From NCBI GenBank assembly GCA_964549745.1, contig CAZJWP010000004.1, positions 1-53,920 on the forward strand: a stretch of 53,920 nucleotides of DNA. Reading direction: 5' to 3'. The DNA is from an uncultured bacterium (GTDB lineage: Bacteria > Fidelibacterota > Marinisomatia > Marinisomatales > J089). The first letter of the stretch is position 1; each line of letters starts with the position of its first letter. A model generated the notes under the pieces. The model worked only from the letters and a program-made list of their open reading frames with translations, did not search any database and had not been told where the DNA came from. Both the position numbers and the translations under genes were made by a program. Shown piece after piece: positions 17,537 through 28,082 of the stretch.

Positions 17537-20500
17537 ATGAAGAAATTGTTACCAGTCTTCATTCTGATTTGCGGCGGATTGCTTACCGCCCAGACCACCT
17601 CAATACATGACATACAATATAGCACCGATGTCGGCACAGGATCGGATTGTTACCCGTCTGCTTTAGCAGGTACTTCTGTCAATGTCACGGGAATTGTAAC
17701 TGCCGTTAAAAGCGGCGGTCAGTTCTATGTACAGGATGCCGATTCTGCTTGGTCCGGTGTCTATGTTTATGACTCAGGATTGGATTGCGCAGTGGGAGAT
17801 TCAGTATCGTTTACGGCAGATGTAAGTGAATATTACGGAATGACAGAATTAAGCGGATTATCCGATTCTACCATCCATTCTTCTGGCCATTCAGTAACAC
17901 CCGTAATGGTGAATACAGGCGATATCACAGCAGCTTGTTCGGATACCAGCGAACTCTATGAAAGTGTTTTGGTTACGTTAACCAATGTTACCGTAACTCA
18001 AGCAGCCAATTCCTATGGTGAGTGGTATGTGGACGATGGTACCGGTGAATGTCAGCTGGATGACCCGTTTTTCTCGGTTACACCAACAGTAGGAGATTTC
18101 TTTGACTCGATTACCGGTGTTGTTGACTACTCCTACAGCACCTATGCTGTTAATCCACGCAGTGCTGACGACATTGTAACTACAGCCATCGGGCCGACCC
18201 TGGTCAGTGTCGATTTTGCACCCCAGGCGCCGCTTCCAAGCGAAGATGTACTGGTCACAGTGAATGCCTATGATGATAAAGCGGGATTGGCCGTCGATTT
18301 GTATGTTGCGTACGATGGTGGTGGCTTTGCTGCAAATACAATGACTGATAATGCGGATTCCACCTATACTTATACGATCCCGGCCCAGTCTGAAGGAACC
18401 ACCGCAGAATTTTATGCAATCCTTACCGATTCAGACGATAATGCTGATACCAGCGCGACCTACAATGTGACCTTTGAGACTCCGTCTGAGATTACTCCGA
18501 TTGCAGACATTCAGGATACAACAGGTGTTGGATCAGATACATCATCCTTCTATGGCCAAACGGTTACGATATCAGGAATCGTAACGGCTGAATTCTGGGG
18601 CAGCGCTTCCAATCGGTATATGTTTGTCCAGGATGCACCGGGTGCCTGGAATGGAATTATGCTATTTGAGTACGGAGGCTGGGACTCCTTTGATTTTAAC
18701 AGTTCCACCGGGATTGTCCATTCCGTTGCCGAAGGTGACAGCGTTACAGTCACTGGAACGGTAGATGAATATAATGGAATGACGGAATTGGGTAGTGTTA
18801 CCGATTTTACCATTCATGGTCATGCTGTCAATATGATTCCCCCATCTGTACTGACCAGCGATATGTCACCTGATCTGGAAGCCTACGAAGGATGTTTGGT
18901 TGAGGTCGATAATGCTACGGTTTCGAATCCTGACGCCAATTATGGCGAATGGACCATAACCGATGCAACCGCCGGCGAAATTAAACTGGATGATCGTTGG
19001 GATTATTATTTCAAACCAGCCTCAGGTCAGAACTTGGCTAAAGTGGTTGGTTGTATTGAATATTCCTATGGTGAATACAAAATCCAGCCGAGATTGGCCC
19101 GGGACGTTGTGGAAGCCGCCGGGGAAGATGTTAGGTTGCAACGAATCCAGCAAGTTCTGTACAGTGATTTGATGAAAGCCGGGGTGGATGCTCTTTCCGA
19201 TACATCTTACATGCGTGGAGATACGGTTTCACTGTATGGTGTTGTTACCATGCCCACCGGTCTCAGTTATGCAGGAGCCGGTGTGAAATTCATCTTCCAG
19301 GATACCCTTGGGGGACCATGGAGTTCGATTCTTTCCTACGATCCGGACTCGACCACATTCCCCGTTTTGTACGAAGGTGATGTGATTCATGCTACCGGAT
19401 ATGTGTCAGAATATCAAACCGCACAGTCTAATATGACGGAACTCTTCGTTACTGAACCGGTCGATATTATCGATGCCGGTCAGCCCGAGCCTGAGGTTCC
19501 GGTCGTAAACACCGGTGATCTTAGGTGGCCTACCACTGCCGAGCAGTGGGGAACCGTTATGGTTGGGGTTGAGGATGCAGTCGTAATGGCGAACGATTTA
19601 CAGTACGGTGAATGGATTGTGGATGACGGAACCGGCGGGGTTCACATTGATGATGATTCTGATAGTCTGAATGCCTGGCAAAACACTTACGGCCGTCCGC
19701 CGGTTGGGACACCGATTTCCTCGGCTGAAGGTTGGATTTACCATCATTATGGGAGTTATGCTGATTCATCCGCGTATAAATTGGAACCGCTCTATGCAAG
19801 TGATATTGTTTTTGGCGCAGGCGGACCACCGAGCATATCTGATCCCAGTCGTATGCCTTGTGTACCGGGACCGGATGACGCTGTAACCGTCATCGCTCAA
19901 ATTGAAGACAATAGCACGATTACATCTGCGGTGGTGTATTATTCTACAGACGGTACTAACTACTCAACTGCAGACATGACCAATACAGATACCACAGCCT
20001 GGGAAGCTGATATACCGGCTACCGGAACGGATGGCGCCCATGTGGATTATTACATTTCCGCAACGGACGATGGCGTTGATCAGGCAGGACCTGTTACCAG
20101 CACCTATCCCAGTGATATTGAAGTCATTCAATTAGGCTACACAACCAACACCGGTGATTTAACCATCAGTGATGTCCAGATGACCGATTGGCCGCGCGGC
20201 GATTCACCCTATAATGGATGTGAAGTGACCTTAACCGGTACGGTCACGGCTGACACGGCGCAGGTAAACTCCGCTTACGGTACCTATGCTATTCAAAGTG
20301 AAACCGGACAATGGAACGGAATTATTATGGATCCGATCACAGATGTTTCATTGACCCGCGGAGATAATGTTACGGTTACGGGAATGGTGGAAGATTATGA
20401 TCCGGCTTATCACTTTAAGTTTGATAATAATACCAAACTGATCAATGTCTCCAGCGTAACCGTTAATAGCACTGGAAACTCCATTGCTGCCATGGCAGTC

Positions 20501-21097
20501 GGAACCTCTGATTTAGCTCAGGACGCAGATGAAGTTGAATCATACGAAGGTGTATTAGTCACGTTGTCAAATGTGACGGTATCTTCAGTAAATACGTATG
20601 ATTGGTCCGTAGATGATGGAAGCGGAAGTTCATGTCTGATTGATGATGATATGGCTAATTCAGCGGCAGCAGCCTACCTGGCAGGTCTGGAAGTAGGTAC
20701 TGTACTCAGTCATGTTACAGGTGTCTTTAACTACAGTTTTGGCACCTATAAAATCCAAGTCAGGGATATGGGTGATATCGAAAGCGCCGGTGTGGATGAT
20801 AATTTTGTTACCGCACCGATGGAATATGCGCTTTATCAAAACTATCCAAATCCGTTTAATCCGGAAACCCGGATTAAGTTTGATCTAAAGGAAGCCGGAC
20901 AAGTAAAACTGATTGTTTACAATGTGTTGGGATATAAAGTCCGCACACTTGTGGATGACAGCTACTCTTCCGGTCAACACGTTGTGAATTGGGATGGCCG
21001 GAATGATGCCGGATTACAGGTGAGTTCCGGAATGTACATTTACCGAATCAAAGCGGGTTCCTTTATCGATCAAGGAAAAATGTTACTCATTCGGTAA
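17537..21097 (+). CDS. Large T9SS cargo protein with four tandem bipartite OB-fold-like modules (ExeM/NucH N-terminal-like) and two Ig-like inserts
   Basis: AGGAAA lies before the ATG; signal peptide ...GGLLTA/QTTS. Four repeats of [I-x-DIQ...GIVTA...VQD...W(S/N)G...EYxGMTEL] + [YE(G/S)xLV...V...YGEW...DDG(T/S)G...DD...Y(S/G)xYK(I/L)xP]. CTD (LYQNYPNPFNPETRIKFDL...GMYIYRIKAGSFIDQGKMLLIR). Confidence 0.72.
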   Translation: MKKLLPVFILICGGLLTAQTTSIHDIQYSTDVGTGSDCYPSALAGTSVNVTGIVTAVKSGGQFYVQDADSAWSGVYVYDSGLDCAVGDSVSFTADVSEYYGMTELSGLSDSTIHSSGHSVTPVMVNTGDITAACSDTSELYESVLVTLTNVTVTQAANSYGEWYVDDGTGECQLDDPFFSVTPTVGDFFDSITGVVDYSYSTYAVNPRSADDIVTTAIGPTLVSVDFAPQAPLPSEDVLVTVNAYDDKAGLAVDLYVAYDGGGFAANTMTDNADSTYTYTIPAQSEGTTAEFYAILTDSDDNADTSATYNVTFETPSEITPIADIQDTTGVGSDTSSFYGQTVTISGIVTAEFWGSASNRYMFVQDAPGAWNGIMLFEYGGWDSFDFNSSTGIVHSVAEGDSVTVTGTVDEYNGMTELGSVTDFTIHGHAVNMIPPSVLTSDMSPDLEAYEGCLVEVDNATVSNPDANYGEWTITDATAGEIKLDDRWDYYFKPASGQNLAKVVGCIEYSYGEYKIQPRLARDVVEAAGEDVRLQRIQQVLYSDLMKAGVDALSDTSYMRGDTVSLYGVVTMPTGLSYAGAGVKFIFQDTLGGPWSSILSYDPDSTTFPVLYEGDVIHATGYVSEYQTAQSNMTELFVTEPVDIIDAGQPEPEVPVVNTGDLRWPTTAEQWGTVMVGVEDAVVMANDLQYGEWIVDDGTGGVHIDDDSDSLNAWQNTYGRPPVGTPISSAEGWIYHHYGSYADSSAYKLEPLYASDIVFGAGGPPSISDPSRMPCVPGPDDAVTVIAQIEDNSTITSAVVYYSTDGTNYSTADMTNTDTTAWEADIPATGTDGAHVDYYISATDDGVDQAGPVTSTYPSDIEVIQLGYTTNTGDLTISDVQMTDWPRGDSPYNGCEVTLTGTVTADTAQVNSAYGTYAIQSETGQWNGIIMDPITDVSLTRGDNVTVTGMVEDYDPAYHFKFDNNTKLINVSSVTVNSTGNSIAAMAVGTSDLAQDADEVESYEGVLVTLSNVTVSSVNTYDWSVDDGSGSSCLIDDDMANSAAAAYLAGLEVGTVLSHVTGVFNYSFGTYKIQVRDMGDIESAGVDDNFVTAPMEYALYQNYPNPFNPETRIKFDLKEAGQVKLIVYNVLGYKVRTLVDDSYSSGQHVVNWDGRNDAGLQVSSGMYIYRIKAGSFIDQGKMLLIR

Positions 21098-21109
21098 CTA
21101 CGGAAATCT

Positions 21110-21135
21110 GGGGTGCGGGCAATTGTCCGCACCCC
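21110..21135 (+). terminator. Stem-loop downstream of the 1186-aa cargo gene
   Basis: GGGGTGCGG-gcaattgt-CCGCACCCC forms a perfect 9-bp GC-rich stem 13 nt after the stop. No U-tract follows, so intrinsic-terminator function is uncertain. Confidence 0.45.
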
Positions 21136-21155
21136 AACTTATATAACCCGACTCC

Positions 21156-22931
21156 ATGCGAAAAACACTCCTTCCGCTCCTGATAATCCTTGTCTATTCC
21201 TGCTCATTGTGGGAACAGGAGGATCCGTCTAATCCTCTGCCTAACCAGGCACCGGAGACTTATCTCTCCCTGATAGCAACAGACACGATTTATGCAGGCG
21301 TATCCCAAATCGATACATTGATTGATTCGGAAACCGGAGATACATACTATGATACACTCTGGAATTATAATCTGTCAGGGACTCCGGATACATCGATGGT
21401 ATGGGACACACTTTCCCAGGCTTTTACATCAATTACCACAAGTCGGCAGGAAATTCACTGGTGGGGTGAGGATCCGGATGGAGATGTTGTCGGTTACTTT
21501 TATAAATGGAGTATAGATACTGCCTGGACCTACACCACCAAAGAAGCGGGCCTCTTTTATGTGCCTATTAGGACGGATTTAGATGTTTTTGGTTTTGAAG
21601 TAAAAGCAGTAGATGCCACCGCTCAATGGGACTACAATCGCCCGACGAAATCAGATATAGACGATGAATATTTCTCGGATGTGGGAGATCAGGTTGACGA
21701 ATATGATGAAAATGATATTGTATTATCTGAAGGACTGACACCCGGAATTCAAACAACGATTGGCGCCGTATTAAAAGCATTATCCGGGACAAATATCTAT
21801 GCGTTAACACCTACAAATGTGACGGATGCCATTGATCTTTCACCGGCGAAAATGGTGTTGCCAATTCGTAATTCTGAACCGCAAATCGCATTTCGGTATC
21901 GAAGTAACCCGTTATTGTCGAATATGCCGGGCGACACCGCATTTACATTTCCAACCCGAACATTTGTATGGGACATTACCGATCTGGATGGAGTGGAATC
22001 GGTTGTATCGGTTTTTTATGCGCTGGATGATACATGTGACACGTGTTGGTATGAACTTGACCCGGCAAAATACTCGAGTATTACCCTAACGGACACATCA
22101 GAACCCAGGCTAGAACCGGGTTTTCATACTTTTTATGTAAAGGCGCAGGACATCGCGGGGGCGATGAGCAATACAATTTTCTTCCCGGATACAGCAAATC
22201 CCGACGAACCGAATTTCTGGAAAGTAAAACCGGTGGTTGGATCGGTATTGCTGGTGGATGATTATCCTCTGGATAGTCAAAACAATGAACAGCAATGGTA
22301 CAAAAGTATTTTGGATACTACCTTAGGTTCCGATCAATATTCTACCTGGGAAATCGGGTCAACCCTTCCGTATTCTTCCATCGATGTCAGTGCAAACCTA
22401 AAATACTTCTCAAGCGTTGTTTGGTATTCGGCATATAATGGTCCTGAAACCTATTTGGATGCCGGTTCCTCAATTACCAGTTTTGTACTGGGCGGCGGGA
22501 ATTTCTTTATCAATGCGCCAGAATTGAAAGATTCAACTTTTGCCTGGTTTCCGTTAACATCATATAAAGTTTTAAATCCAACCGGACGCATGTTTGCCGG
22601 ACAACAAATTATTTCAGATGTAGACTCTACTCTTGATTTGGAGGTTTCACATTTAATAGCCATTCGCGTAAGAAGTTTTGTGCCGGATTCATCTGGTTTC
22701 GCAATCCTTCGCAGTATGTACCACATGCCTGAACCTGAGGGTAGTGATGCCTGGACAGGAACACCAACCGTAGCAAGTCTTGGGCAATTCCAGGTGAGTC
22801 AAAATACTTTATCAGGAAAAGTAGTATTGTTTTCAATACCCTTCCATAGCGGGAACGATACGATGTTAGACGGTAATGGCTCAGGCTCGAAATTTATATC
22901 TTATGTATTAAGGGAGGAATTCAACGAATGA
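21156..22931 (+). CDS. Hypothetical lipoprotein
   Basis: MRKTLLPLLIILVYSC has a lipobox-like end. No recognisable catalytic motif; contains HWWGEDPDGDVVGYFYKWS. The stop overlaps the TonB-receptor start (ATGA). Confidence 0.6.
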   Translation: MRKTLLPLLIILVYSCSLWEQEDPSNPLPNQAPETYLSLIATDTIYAGVSQIDTLIDSETGDTYYDTLWNYNLSGTPDTSMVWDTLSQAFTSITTSRQEIHWWGEDPDGDVVGYFYKWSIDTAWTYTTKEAGLFYVPIRTDLDVFGFEVKAVDATAQWDYNRPTKSDIDDEYFSDVGDQVDEYDENDIVLSEGLTPGIQTTIGAVLKALSGTNIYALTPTNVTDAIDLSPAKMVLPIRNSEPQIAFRYRSNPLLSNMPGDTAFTFPTRTFVWDITDLDGVESVVSVFYALDDTCDTCWYELDPAKYSSITLTDTSEPRLEPGFHTFYVKAQDIAGAMSNTIFFPDTANPDEPNFWKVKPVVGSVLLVDDYPLDSQNNEQQWYKSILDTTLGSDQYSTWEIGSTLPYSSIDVSANLKYFSSVVWYSAYNGPETYLDAGSSITSFVLGGGNFFINAPELKDSTFAWFPLTSYKVLNPTGRMFAGQQIISDVDSTLDLEVSHLIAIRVRSFVPDSSGFAILRSMYHMPEPEGSDAWTGTPTVASLGQFQVSQNTLSGKVVLFSIPFHSGNDTMLDGNGSGSKFISYVLREEFNE

Positions 22932-25705
22932 GACGTTGGGTCCTTTTTTTAATAATGACTGTTCTGCTTTTGGGTCAGACCAATACCGGTGTTATTCAGG
23001 GAACGGTTAAGGATCAAAAATCCGGTGATCCGTTAATAGGTGTCAATGTCATCGTAAAAGGAACCTATTACGGGGCATCGACCGATATGAATGGATTTTA
23101 CAAGATTACCGGAATTTCATATGGCGATTACGATATCGAAGCTTCCATAATCGGATACAAAGTATTGTTGCAAACCGGGATTAAGGTAAAAAACAGTGAA
23201 CCGGTTAAAGTTGATTACTCAATGGAAGAAACGGTATTGGCTCTTGGTGAAGAAGTGGTGGTAAAAGGGAAAAAACCGCTCTTTGATGTTAATGAAACAG
23301 CCTCATTGTCAAGAATCCGTAGTGATGAGATTGCCAATAAAACCGTGGATGATGTACAGGACTTGCTCTCCGAACAAATTGGCGTAACCAAGCAGGATAA
23401 TGAAATCCACATCCGCGGCGGTCGTATCGATGAAAGTTTATTTGTGGTCGATGGAATGTCAGTCAAGGACCCCTTATCCGGGATGAGTGGAAATGTATTC
23501 GTTAATGCTGAAGCCATCGAGGAATTGGAAGTAGTTACGGGCGGATACAATGCTGAATATGGCCAAGCCATGTCCGGTGTGGTCAATATTAAGTTGAAAG
23601 AAGGCAGTGATCATTATGAAGGCGCTGTCAAAATGAGTAGTGACCATTGGGGAATGACCAAAAAGACGATAAGCAATTACAATACAGATCGCGTCGAATT
23701 TAATGTAGGTGGTCCGTTGGCGATTGTTAAAAAAATCCCCGGATTATTTGGGCTGGATATTCCAGGAAAATTTTCATTCTTTATTAACGGGTATAGCAAG
23801 ATATATGATAGTTATTTGCCGGTTGCCCACAAACTATATCCACACCGGAATTGGACCCTCCCGGGTATGAGTGATTCGGAAGCGGATAGAATCATGAATA
23901 AGTTCAGTCCGCGGGAAAATAACGATTGGCATTCAACGGCGAAAGTATCCTGGGCGCTGAGCAGCACTAAAAAGCTGGCATACTCGTATGATATGACACT
24001 GAATATCAACCAGGGTTACTTCATGCCGCGTGCTTTCTCATCAACCTATTTTCCTTATGCTTACTCCAAGATTTTGGATAATTACAACACGATTACCCGA
24101 GAAACACGATTGTCCAATCTGAACTGGACTCACACCTTATCCACCCGGTCTTTTTACGAAATCACACTTGGACGTTTCCTGACGATGGAACACAGCGCCG
24201 TACAGGATTTACCCTGGACGGATTATCGCCAGCGGCTTGATCTTCTTCCAATTAATTATACGGTGCGGAATTCCGAGGGCGATATTGTGATCAGTTATGG
24301 TGATCAATTTTATGATACAGGAATGTCGTCGGAATGGTACGATATCAGCAGCGATAATTATCGATTTGATTTTGACTGGACTAATCAATTATCTGATCGG
24401 CAGAAAATGAAAACGGGGGTTGAGAATACCCTGACAACAATGCAGGTTTTGGATATTGACGAGCCTTGGGCAGGTACAACAGGTTTCGGGGCAAATTATG
24501 ATCGATACCATGCCCGCACGGATTTTGGGGCCATGTATGTACAGGACAGGATCACTTTCGAAGGTATGACTGTCAACATCGGTGCCCGATATGATTTTTG
24601 GTTCCCGGGTAAGTATGTTGAAAATGCAATCACCAATCCCAATTCTATCATTATCACAGATGAGGCACGGGATAAGTTCAAACGTGAGACATTTAAACTA
24701 TTTGGATATCGCGGCAAAGGCAGATTGAGCCCCAGATTTGGGATTTCACATCCGGTCACAAACAATGATGTCCTCTATTTTTACTATGGACACTTTTCTC
24801 AGTTACCCACTTTTCAATATGTGTATGCCAAGCTGAATTCCACTTCTCAGTCTACCTACCAGGTCTTCGGAAATCCGAATCTTGGGCCTAAGACAACGGT
24901 ACAATATGAATTGGGAATCAAACACCGGTTTAACGAGGACCAGGTCCTGGAAGTGAAAGCATATTGGAAGGATATGTTCGATTATGAAACATCGGAAACG
25001 ATAAAACCTTCCAATCCAAAATATGCATATCTGACGTTCAACATGTATTTCAATGCGGATTATGCCCGCGCCCGGGGAATGGAATTGATTCTTAAGAGTC
25101 GATTGTTCCGGTATTGGTATGCTGATTTAAATCTGAACTATTCAATTGTTACAGGAAAAAGCTCAAGCCCGTTGGACAACCTATTGGTACAGGCCGGTCA
25201 ATTATCCGAAAAGCCTCTGGGTGAAAATTTCATGAGTTGGGATCGTCCGCTCCAGGCATTTGCCAACATTTCTTACAACTCGCCCCGCAACTGGGGAATG
25301 ACAATTCGTCTGGACTATAGTTCCGGACGACGCTACACACGCTCAATCGCCGGAACAAAAGATTATCCATCAGGTCTGATTTATGTGAACGGTGTCCCCT
25401 ATTATATCGGGACCAGTGAATCTGATAAACCGTATTTGTATATCTCGAAGCAACCGAATAAGAATATGGATTTAAAATTTTACAAGACGGCTCCGATTGG
25501 CAGTGTAAAACTGAAATTATATTTAGAAGTCCAGAATGTTTTTGACACAATGGTACCACGTAGAATTAATCCCTTTACCGGGGAAGGTTATAATCCTGGT
25601 CAAGTCTATTCTTATTCTTTGCTCAACAGTCCGGACCCCAATAATGATCCATCGCGATTCCAGACTCCACGAACCAGCGAACTTGGAATACAGGTGATAT
25701 TCTGA
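22928..25705 (+). CDS. TonB-dependent receptor with N-terminal carboxypeptidase-regulatory-like domain
   Basis: Signal peptide ...LLLG/QTNTG. CarboxypepD_reg motif (GVIQGTVKDQKSGDPLIGVNVIVKGTYYGASTDMNGFYKI). Plug motif (IHIRGGRIDESLFVVDGMSVKDP). Long beta-barrel ending ELGIQVIF. Confidence 0.85.
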   Translation: MRRWVLFLIMTVLLLGQTNTGVIQGTVKDQKSGDPLIGVNVIVKGTYYGASTDMNGFYKITGISYGDYDIEASIIGYKVLLQTGIKVKNSEPVKVDYSMEETVLALGEEVVVKGKKPLFDVNETASLSRIRSDEIANKTVDDVQDLLSEQIGVTKQDNEIHIRGGRIDESLFVVDGMSVKDPLSGMSGNVFVNAEAIEELEVVTGGYNAEYGQAMSGVVNIKLKEGSDHYEGAVKMSSDHWGMTKKTISNYNTDRVEFNVGGPLAIVKKIPGLFGLDIPGKFSFFINGYSKIYDSYLPVAHKLYPHRNWTLPGMSDSEADRIMNKFSPRENNDWHSTAKVSWALSSTKKLAYSYDMTLNINQGYFMPRAFSSTYFPYAYSKILDNYNTITRETRLSNLNWTHTLSTRSFYEITLGRFLTMEHSAVQDLPWTDYRQRLDLLPINYTVRNSEGDIVISYGDQFYDTGMSSEWYDISSDNYRFDFDWTNQLSDRQKMKTGVENTLTTMQVLDIDEPWAGTTGFGANYDRYHARTDFGAMYVQDRITFEGMTVNIGARYDFWFPGKYVENAITNPNSIIITDEARDKFKRETFKLFGYRGKGRLSPRFGISHPVTNNDVLYFYYGHFSQLPTFQYVYAKLNSTSQSTYQVFGNPNLGPKTTVQYELGIKHRFNEDQVLEVKAYWKDMFDYETSETIKPSNPKYAYLTFNMYFNADYARARGMELILKSRLFRYWYADLNLNYSIVTGKSSSPLDNLLVQAGQLSEKPLGENFMSWDRPLQAFANISYNSPRNWGMTIRLDYSSGRRYTRSIAGTKDYPSGLIYVNGVPYYIGTSESDKPYLYISKQPNKNMDLKFYKTAPIGSVKLKLYLEVQNVFDTMVPRRINPFTGEGYNPGQVYSYSLLNSPDPNNDPSRFQTPRTSELGIQVIF

Positions 25706-26709
25706 TGCGCAGAGTTGCTCAATATTTGATATTGGCATTGATGGTTGCTGGATCGTCGGCCCAGAATTTCTTCCCAAATTTAGGCGGACAACGAGTTGGA
25801 ACATCCAGTTTCACCTTTCTGAAGATTGGGACGAGTGCCCGTGCGGTGGGTATGGGTGAAGCTGTGGTGGCCATGAATCAGGATGCAGGATCGGTTTATT
25901 ATAATCCGGCAACAATTGCTCAGCTTAAAAAAACGGAGATGATTTCCTCAAAAGTGAATTGGCCGGCGGATATTAGTTACGACTACCTGAGTATTACCCA
26001 TAATTTGTTTTCCCGTCATTATATTGCCTTTAGTGCGGGTATTCTGCACATGCCTCCAATGGAAGAAACCACTGAATACATGCCCCACGGAACCGGGAAT
26101 TACTTTATGTATCAGGACCGGTTCATTGGTCTGAGTTATGCCGTGAAATTGACGGACCGTTTTAGTTTTGGAATCACACTTAAAGATGTGGAAGAAAATC
26201 TGGCCGGTGTCACCATGAGCGATGTTCTCTTGGATATGGGGACATTCTATTGGACCGGTTACAAGACCCTCCGGTTTTCCGCTGCGATAACACATTTCGG
26301 ACCGCAAACTTCTCCCGAGGGTAGTTTCCCTAAACGTGTTTTGGATACAGATACTGGAAAAGAAACCATTGTCGATACGCATTTTCAGGAATCTTCTCCT
26401 CCGACCCTTTTCCAGGTAGGGGCAGCCATGAATGTAATTGAAAATCAATTGATGACAGCTGCTTTGGCTGTCCAGCTCAATCATCCGGTGGACAATGCAG
26501 AGTATGTTCTGATTGGAACGGAAATTCAATTGATCAAAGTCCTTTATTTAAGAACCGGGGTGAAACTGGGTAAAGATGAGGAAGGGATATCCAATGGATT
26601 TGGTGTTTCACTTCCGTTGGGGAAATGGCATTTCAACGCGGATTATTCATACACAAATATGTCTCATTTAACGGACCCGGAACGTTTGAGTATTGGGATT
26701 TCACGATGA
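25705..26709 (+). CDS. porV: PorV-like (PorV/PorQ family, FadL-like) outer-membrane barrel
   Basis: TGATG overlap with the TonB receptor; signal peptide ...GSSA/QNFF. Canonical family signature FTFLKIGTSARAVGMGEAVVAMNQDAGSVYYNPATIAQL. Confidence 0.72.
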   Translation: MRRVAQYLILALMVAGSSAQNFFPNLGGQRVGTSSFTFLKIGTSARAVGMGEAVVAMNQDAGSVYYNPATIAQLKKTEMISSKVNWPADISYDYLSITHNLFSRHYIAFSAGILHMPPMEETTEYMPHGTGNYFMYQDRFIGLSYAVKLTDRFSFGITLKDVEENLAGVTMSDVLLDMGTFYWTGYKTLRFSAAITHFGPQTSPEGSFPKRVLDTDTGKETIVDTHFQESSPPTLFQVGAAMNVIENQLMTAALAVQLNHPVDNAEYVLIGTEIQLIKVLYLRTGVKLGKDEEGISNGFGVSLPLGKWHFNADYSYTNMSHLTDPERLSIGISR

Positions 26710-28082
26710 CAGGACGAATTCGTCTTTTGTTCCCAGCCGGATTGATTGCCTTTGCATTGTGGAGTTGCATTAAAATTAATCCACTTGCACCGATAGATAA
26801 TGGCGGTATAATTGGAGCCGGTGATACGAGCTACCTGCCACTCAGTCCAACATGGGACAACACCTTCGGTCTAAGTTCACCGGTTGAAATTTCCATTGCC
26901 AATGATGGTCACATTTTTATTGCGGATACAGCAACAAACAGTATTCTTGTCTATGACCAAAGCGGCAATCATTTGGACGGGTTTGACGCTCTTGCGAATC
27001 TCACAATCTCCGATACTTTGAATGTGAAACCGATTGATGTGGATATTGATTCCAAGATGGATGTGCTTTTTATTGACGGATCGAACAAAGTTTATGTCTG
27101 GAATCAGGTTTGGAATACATCCCCGATTACAGAATACGTCCAATCCGCTGACTTCGTAGAATCGGGAACCGGGAATACGGTGACCGCTACCCTGGGCTCC
27201 CAAACATGGTATACCAAAGCAAACAATGCCAATTGGACGATGACAAACCTTCAATGGGACAATGTTTCAGAGAAATTGGACTCACTGATGAATCCTCATG
27301 TATTGTACGATGGAAGCTGGCCCGTAAACATAGCAGCAGATGCTTTTTTACATGATAGTCCGTCATCGCAGTTTACTGCGATCAGTGCAACAGACGGGAC
27401 GGACAATTTTTTCTTTGTAGCTGATAAGCATATCGATCGGTTGCTTCAAATTAAATTGCAACATTCGATGTATGTGAGAAACTCGAACGGTGATGAATTC
27501 TGGACTCATCGTGGTGTTTTCGGTGCAACAATCGCACAATATGGAACCGGTTCCGGTACTGTAAACCGTCCGGTGGGACTGGATGTGGATTATTCCGGCG
27601 CTGTGTATTATTCCCAATTAGGAGATTATTTTTCTGTTCATAAAATCCAGCCGATTACCAGCGGTGGTTATACTGTTTATTCTTCGGTGTTTCAACCGGA
27701 TGTTAATGACATCATGGATTTGGGACGTTTTCAACATGCACAGGATGTGGCTGTTGACCAAAATAAAATGATTTATGTCGCCGATCGTGGTGCACATCAA
27801 ATACAGGTATTCAACTCTAAAGGACAATTCTTTAAATATGCCGGACCCGATTCTGTTGCCATTGACACCACAATGTGGGTTTTAAATAGTGACAATACGG
27901 CACAAGCGGACAGTGTGTTAGTGGATACGGTCTATTACCAACATTTCAGTCACCTGGAAGATCCTTCCGCGGTTACGGTAGATGCCAAAGGTGTTGTTTA
28001 TGTCTGCGATACACCCAATCATCGGATTGTGCGATTTCAATTATCAAATTTATTGGATGAGAACTTAGTTCCGAATCAGTGA
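26706..28082 (+). CDS. NHL-repeat beta-propeller lipoprotein
   Basis: The ATG at 26706 overlaps the upstream stop (ATGA). MTGRIRLLFPAGLIAFALWSC has a lipobox-like end. NHL-type repeats (GHIFIADTATNSILVYDQSGNHL; MIYVADRGAHQIQVFNSKGQF; VVYVCDTPNHRIVRFQL). Confidence 0.68.
   Translation: MTGRIRLLFPAGLIAFALWSCIKINPLAPIDNGGIIGAGDTSYLPLSPTWDNTFGLSSPVEISIANDGHIFIADTATNSILVYDQSGNHLDGFDALANLTISDTLNVKPIDVDIDSKMDVLFIDGSNKVYVWNQVWNTSPITEYVQSADFVESGTGNTVTATLGSQTWYTKANNANWTMTNLQWDNVSEKLDSLMNPHVLYDGSWPVNIAADAFLHDSPSSQFTAISATDGTDNFFFVADKHIDRLLQIKLQHSMYVRNSNGDEFWTHRGVFGATIAQYGTGSGTVNRPVGLDVDYSGAVYYSQLGDYFSVHKIQPITSGGYTVYSSVFQPDVNDIMDLGRFQHAQDVAVDQNKMIYVADRGAHQIQVFNSKGQFFKYAGPDSVAIDTTMWVLNSDNTAQADSVLVDTVYYQHFSHLEDPSAVTVDAKGVVYVCDTPNHRIVRFQLSNLLDENLVPNQ

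Noticed and set aside
25948-26529. 193-aa antisense ORF inside the PorV-like gene.
   Set aside because: The sense strand carries the family signature and is translationally coupled to its neighbours. The antisense translation has no motif or signal.
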